DNA of 48,816 nucleotides from Candidatus Omnitrophota bacterium. Lineage in GTDB: Bacteria; Omnitrophota; Gorgyraeia; Duberdicusellales; 4484-171. Below are positions 45,451 to 48,816 of this stretch, one piece after another. How positions within the stretch are numbered: the stretch's first letter is position 1; every line of letters starts with the position of its first letter. The stretch covers positions 1-48,816 of the forward strand of contig JAQVMQ010000003.1 in NCBI GenBank assembly GCA_028703535.1. Direction: 5' to 3'. A program made the position numbers and the translations under genes. Under the pieces are notes generated by a model, which saw nothing but the letters and a program-made list of their open reading frames with translations, did not search any database and was not told where the DNA came from.

Positions 45451-45946
45451 AGCTTACTATTTTCCTTTCTATGATCTTCCCTGAATCAACTACAATTATT
45501 CCGAAACTGCGCGAATCAGAAAAAACCTTGTCGGTCACTGAACCCGGATTAAAATAAACTATATCGTTACGGATTTCGTTATAAGAATGATGCGAATGCC
45601 CAAAAACAAGAATGTCAAGCTTCTCGAGTTCATTACCGAAAAGACGGGTGACGTAATCAATAATACCGTCAGGATGTCCGCGTCCATGCGTGAGGCCTAT
45701 AGTCACATCTTCGAAAGTTAATATACATTTCTCAGGAAGTGTGCGTTTAAGCTCCTGTGTATCCATATTCCCGCAAACGGCGTATACTTCAGTAAGTTTA
45801 GCTAATTTATCCAACACAGAAGCTTCTACACAATCACCTGCATGAAGACATAGATCAGCACGCTTAGCTTCCTGCTCAATAATCGCCGGAAGTTTATCTG
45901 CAGATACAGGGATATGCGTGTCCGATATAACTAATATCCGTGTCAT
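45443..45946 (-). CDS. YfcE/MJ0936-type metallophosphoesterase
   Basis: SDTH, AGD, GNMD, HG and GHSH calcineurin-like motifs; 167 aa. Confidence 0.8.
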   Translation of the reverse strand: MTRILVISDTHIPVSADKLPAIIEQEAKRADLCLHAGDCVEASVLDKLAKLTEVYAVCGNMDTQELKRTLPEKCILTFEDVTIGLTHGRGHPDGIIDYVTRLFGNELEKLDILVFGHSHHSYNEIRNDIVYFNPGSVTDKVFSDSRSFGIIVVDSGKIIERKIVSCD

Positions 45947-47562
45947 TATACTTTACCTCCGCCGGCAGAATAAAAATTATCCCGAAAAGAAATTACCGGA
46001 TGATTATACATCTTCAACAGATAATTCACTTCTTCAATATCCCAGGCCATTATATTATGATCTTTGGCTATTACTTTTGCTGTCGAAGGTATGCTTGACA
46101 AAGATATGAATATCTTTTTTATCTTCTTACCGTTAAGGTTTTTACCTTTTTCAATAAAATTAAATATATCATTATCATCTGTATTCCCGTCTTTTATACC
46201 TGCAAAGACCACTTCACGTCCTTCACCGATAAGTATAGACAAATTATCTTCAGTAGGGTCATTCATAACACGGTTTTTAGTTAACTTAGGTAATATATAA
46301 TTTTTAGCCCCGCATTTTATGATATCATCGTCGAAAGACGACATAAGCCCTAATATTTTTGATACTTTATCTCTAAAGAAATCTTCTCTAAAAAGATCGA
46401 TATTTTCAAAAACCGCATGACGCCATGCAATACGTCTGCGTAAAGTATTGGTTATAGGCATAACAAAATAAAAAACAAATACATTTGAAACCCAGAAAGA
46501 AAATAAACTGTCTTTAATACGACACATATTCCCTGCATTTTCCAGATAACCCAGATCATCAAATTTAGATATAATAGTTTCAAGATCCCGCGGCTTACAG
46601 AGGTTTAAGTTATTTATATCGGATTTTCTGGTATAGCCTTTACTAATATAATGAAGAATTTTAAGTGCTGTCGGATAGTTTTTTATTTTAGCGCATATTA
46701 TATCCATACGTTTCATAAATCTTTGGAAAAGATAAGATTCTTTACGGTATACTAACAATTCCATCAGCGAAGCAAGATCATTTATTTCATTATCCGTACG
46801 CTTAAATTCGTTAAGACAATTAACGGCATAATCATAATAGCTCACGTTATCTCCAAGATAATTTGCCAGAAAAGATATAAAGAACGGCGAAACATTATTG
46901 ACAGAAAGTGATTTCTTTAAACGCATATAGTTATTAAAGAATATGCCATTATTAATATGTATAAGCTCAAAATTACCGAAAAGCAGGTTCAATTGTTCGG
47001 ACATTATATTTTCTGCTTTTTTTATTTTAGAAGATGTTAATATTACCATACAGTCACGTTGTACTATTATGAATTTCGAAAAATCTTTAAAACATCCGGG
47101 AAAAACTGATTCAAGCGCGAGAAATTCTTCAACAACAAAAAGACATTTCCCCTTAGTCTCAAGTATAAAAGAATTAATAAAATTCAAGATATCATTAAAA
47201 GAAATATTATTTTGCAGTAAAGTTTCTTTTATTATCCCTGTGGTTTTGGGCAGTAAATTAACAGCACTTTGAACGAGCTGATCCATAGAGTTTGTCATCT
47301 TAAGATAACGGCCCAGTAGAGAATAAACGGCATTACGGTATATTTCGTCTTTACCGCCGTATTTGGCCAGCACATGAATAATCTCAAAATTCGACACACA
47401 ATCGCCACCCAAATAATCTTCAAGGAAATAATTGAGTTCATCCGCATCGTCGCCCAGAACAGCTATATTCTGTCTATACCCGTCGATAAAGCCTTTAACG
47501 CGTTTATCTAATAAGTTTAGATTGTCCGAACGATTTCCGGATATACCAAGATTATCCTGCAT
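45946..47562 (-). CDS. Hypothetical 538-aa protein; possibly an inactivated archaeal-type ATPase (COG1672-like) with a wHTH and a DUF234-like C-terminus
   Basis: IAVLGDDADE sits where a P-loop is expected, and CLFVVEEF is Walker-B-like. ALKILHYISKGYTRKSDI...LGYLEN is wHTH-like. The C-terminal SILIGEGREVVFAGIK...MAWDIEEV is DUF234-like. Pattern-level resemblance only. Confidence 0.3.
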   Translation of the reverse strand: MQDNLGISGNRSDNLNLLDKRVKGFIDGYRQNIAVLGDDADELNYFLEDYLGGDCVSNFEIIHVLAKYGGKDEIYRNAVYSLLGRYLKMTNSMDQLVQSAVNLLPKTTGIIKETLLQNNISFNDILNFINSFILETKGKCLFVVEEFLALESVFPGCFKDFSKFIIVQRDCMVILTSSKIKKAENIMSEQLNLLFGNFELIHINNGIFFNNYMRLKKSLSVNNVSPFFISFLANYLGDNVSYYDYAVNCLNEFKRTDNEINDLASLMELLVYRKESYLFQRFMKRMDIICAKIKNYPTALKILHYISKGYTRKSDINNLNLCKPRDLETIISKFDDLGYLENAGNMCRIKDSLFSFWVSNVFVFYFVMPITNTLRRRIAWRHAVFENIDLFREDFFRDKVSKILGLMSSFDDDIIKCGAKNYILPKLTKNRVMNDPTEDNLSILIGEGREVVFAGIKDGNTDDNDIFNFIEKGKNLNGKKIKKIFISLSSIPSTAKVIAKDHNIMAWDIEEVNYLLKMYNHPVISFRDNFYSAGGGKV

Positions 47563-47568
47563 ACTTTA

Positions 47569-48246
47569 TTAGCCCTTATTTTTTCTATTTAAATAAACTA
47601 ACGGATCACACGGCTGATAGCCCTTCCTGACTTCAAAATGAAAATCACATCCCAACGCTGAACATGTCCCCAGCCCTGCAAGCTTCTGACCTGAAGTCAA
47701 CGTATCACCTTCTTTGACCAGTATATCACTTAAGTTAGCATATATCGTATATAAATTTCCCGAATGTTTTAAGATTACTGTCTTGCCCCATCCACGCAAA
47801 TAATCCGAAAATACTACACGGCCGGACATGGCAGCCATAACCTTGGAATCACTTTCCGAAGTTTTAATATCAATACCGTTATTGGTTATGTTCTTCAGCT
47901 TCTCCCCGTAAAAACTTACTATTTCGCCGTTAACAGGCCATGCCATATCACCGCCCGAAAATGAATACTGACGTCGGGGTATAACTATAACCTGCCCTAT
48001 TTTAAGATCACGATAATTTGCTATTTTGTTGATTTCGCATATCTCATTTACGCTAACACCATAACGTCTTGAGATAGCCCATAACGAATCACCTCGGCGT
48101 ATTGTATAGTTGTTCTTCTCAGAGTTTAGGCTAAATCCGCTGTATGTCGATGTAGGTGTAATGGTCGCAACACCTGAAGTGTTCATGCGGCCCGAAGAAC
48201 ATGCAGTTAAAAATATACTGATAATAATTAATGTTAAAAATCGCAT
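47569..48246 (-). CDS. NlpD-like lipoprotein: LysM plus degenerate LytM (M23) domain
   Basis: Lipobox LTAC and LysM YTIRRGDSLWAISRRYGV. The M23 fold has metal ligands substituted: NNGIDI for HxGxD, YANL for YAHL, DFHFE for HLHFE. Confidence 0.75.
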   Translation of the reverse strand: MRFLTLIIISIFLTACSSGRMNTSGVATITPTSTYSGFSLNSEKNNYTIRRGDSLWAISRRYGVSVNEICEINKIANYRDLKIGQVIVIPRRQYSFSGGDMAWPVNGEIVSFYGEKLKNITNNGIDIKTSESDSKVMAAMSGRVVFSDYLRGWGKTVILKHSGNLYTIYANLSDILVKEGDTLTSGQKLAGLGTCSALGCDFHFEVRKGYQPCDPLVYLNRKNKG

Positions 48247-48517
48247 AAAATATGAAAACGGTTATTTATATATAATATATATATTACCTAAAAAAAAAGA
48301 TATTTCAAACGAAAAAAAAAGACCATAAAAATCGTAAACGCTAAAATAAAAACTAATCTTTAAATACTCATCTAATCCATTGCGAAAAAACAATAATAAG
48401 CTATAATTAGATAGCTATAAATCGTAAGTTATAAGCTATATGATATAAATCTTAGGACTTTATAAAGGTTTCTTTCCCAACTTTGTCTATAGCATAAGAC
48501 TTATGGCTATAGTAAGG

Positions 48518-48549
48518 TAAGGCATCTCGGATACACATCCTCGATGCCG
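48518..48549 (+). repeat. 32-bp hairpin repeat, copy A
   Basis: taaggcatctcggatacacatcctcgatgccg, with stems ggcatc/gatgcc and ggat/atcc. Confidence 0.8.
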
Positions 48550-48663
48550 TAAATGAAACTTAGGTTTTTTGACATGTAGTAAAAAAATCTTTAGTTGAAT
48601 TTATCCTGAGCAAAGCGAAGGGCAAAAAATCAAAAAGTGTTCTTTGTTATTGTATTAGGTTTA

Positions 48664-48695
48664 TAAGGCGTCTCGGATACACATCCTCGATGCCG
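48664..48695 (+). repeat. 32-bp hairpin repeat, copy B
   Basis: taaggcgtctcggatacacatcctcgatgccg, 31/32 identical to copy A. The single A-to-G change turns A-U into G-U on the + strand. Confidence 0.8.
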
Positions 48696-48735
48696 CAAAA
48701 AATCAAGGAATAACCCTTGATTTCTATCATTTTTT

Positions 48736-48809
48736 GCGGGCGTAGTTCAGTGGCAGAACTCCAGCTTCCCAAGCTAGCGACGTCGGTTCGATTCCGATCG
48801 CCCGCTCCA
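48736..48809 (+). tRNA. tRNA-Gly (anticodon CCC), CCA encoded
   Basis: Hand-folded cloverleaf: acceptor gcgggcg/cgcccgc, D stem gttc/gaac, anticodon loop ttCCCaa, T arm gtcgg-ttcgatt-ccgat, 3-prime tcca. Confidence 0.9.
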
Positions 48810-48816
48810 TTTAGTT

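Noticed and set aside
48518-48695. The two 32-bp repeats as a mini-CRISPR
   Set aside because: There are only two copies, separated by 114 bp of spacer-length-inconsistent sequence, and no cas genes. The repeats are better described as paired hairpins.
1-48816. Genomic island, prophage or defence island
   Set aside because: I recognised no integrase, transposase, phage structural genes, restriction-modification, toxin-antitoxin or cas genes. Neither tRNA has a flanking direct repeat of its 3-prime end.

Overview
AT-rich bacterial chromosomal window using the standard genetic code. It is densely coded in five co-directional blocks. I saw no transposase, integrase, CRISPR array, prophage or recognisable defence genes. 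The lineage cannot be determined from the sequence alone; the gene content suggests an uncultivated anaerobe. Housekeeping content: flavodoxin, PpiD-like chaperone, trxA, rex, hydG-like radical SAM enzyme, glyQS, ppdK, a sigma-70 family factor, apt, rpsU (missed by the ORF track), pfkB-family kinase, an FKBP, aroB, a site-2 protease, tRNA-Arg(CCT) and tRNA-Gly(CCC). Four things stand out. (1) The window opens inside a non-coding 122-bp tandem array of at least 6.3 near-identical copies. The copies differ only by A/G transitions, and the array ends in a 16-bp-stem terminator-like hairpin. It is a candidate multi-copy structured RNA locus. (2) A type IV pilus region is split into a minus-strand pilN-pilO-pilP-like-pilQ-TPR-pilM-PilZ operon and a divergent plus-strand operon. 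The plus-strand operon encodes a two-component system, a 1353-aa GGDEF(AGDEF)+P-loop STAND-like protein, a stand-alone MshEN-type domain translationally coupled to an N-terminally truncated PilB-like ATPase, a full-length PilB and PilC. (3) c-di-GMP parts are unusually dense: three PilZ proteins with intact motifs, one HD-GYP, one GGDEF and one MshEN. They include a PilZ / 48-aa zinc-ribbon / PilZ cluster and an overlapping-gene module of HD-GYP, HIT, YfcE-type phosphoesterase and a degenerate-P-loop ATPase-like protein. (4) There are several small non-coding features: a Rex operator plus promoter upstream of hydG, duplicated intergenic leader segments, and a repeated hairpin upstream of tRNA-Gly. 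All functional calls rest on motif recognition by eye; no database search was possible.
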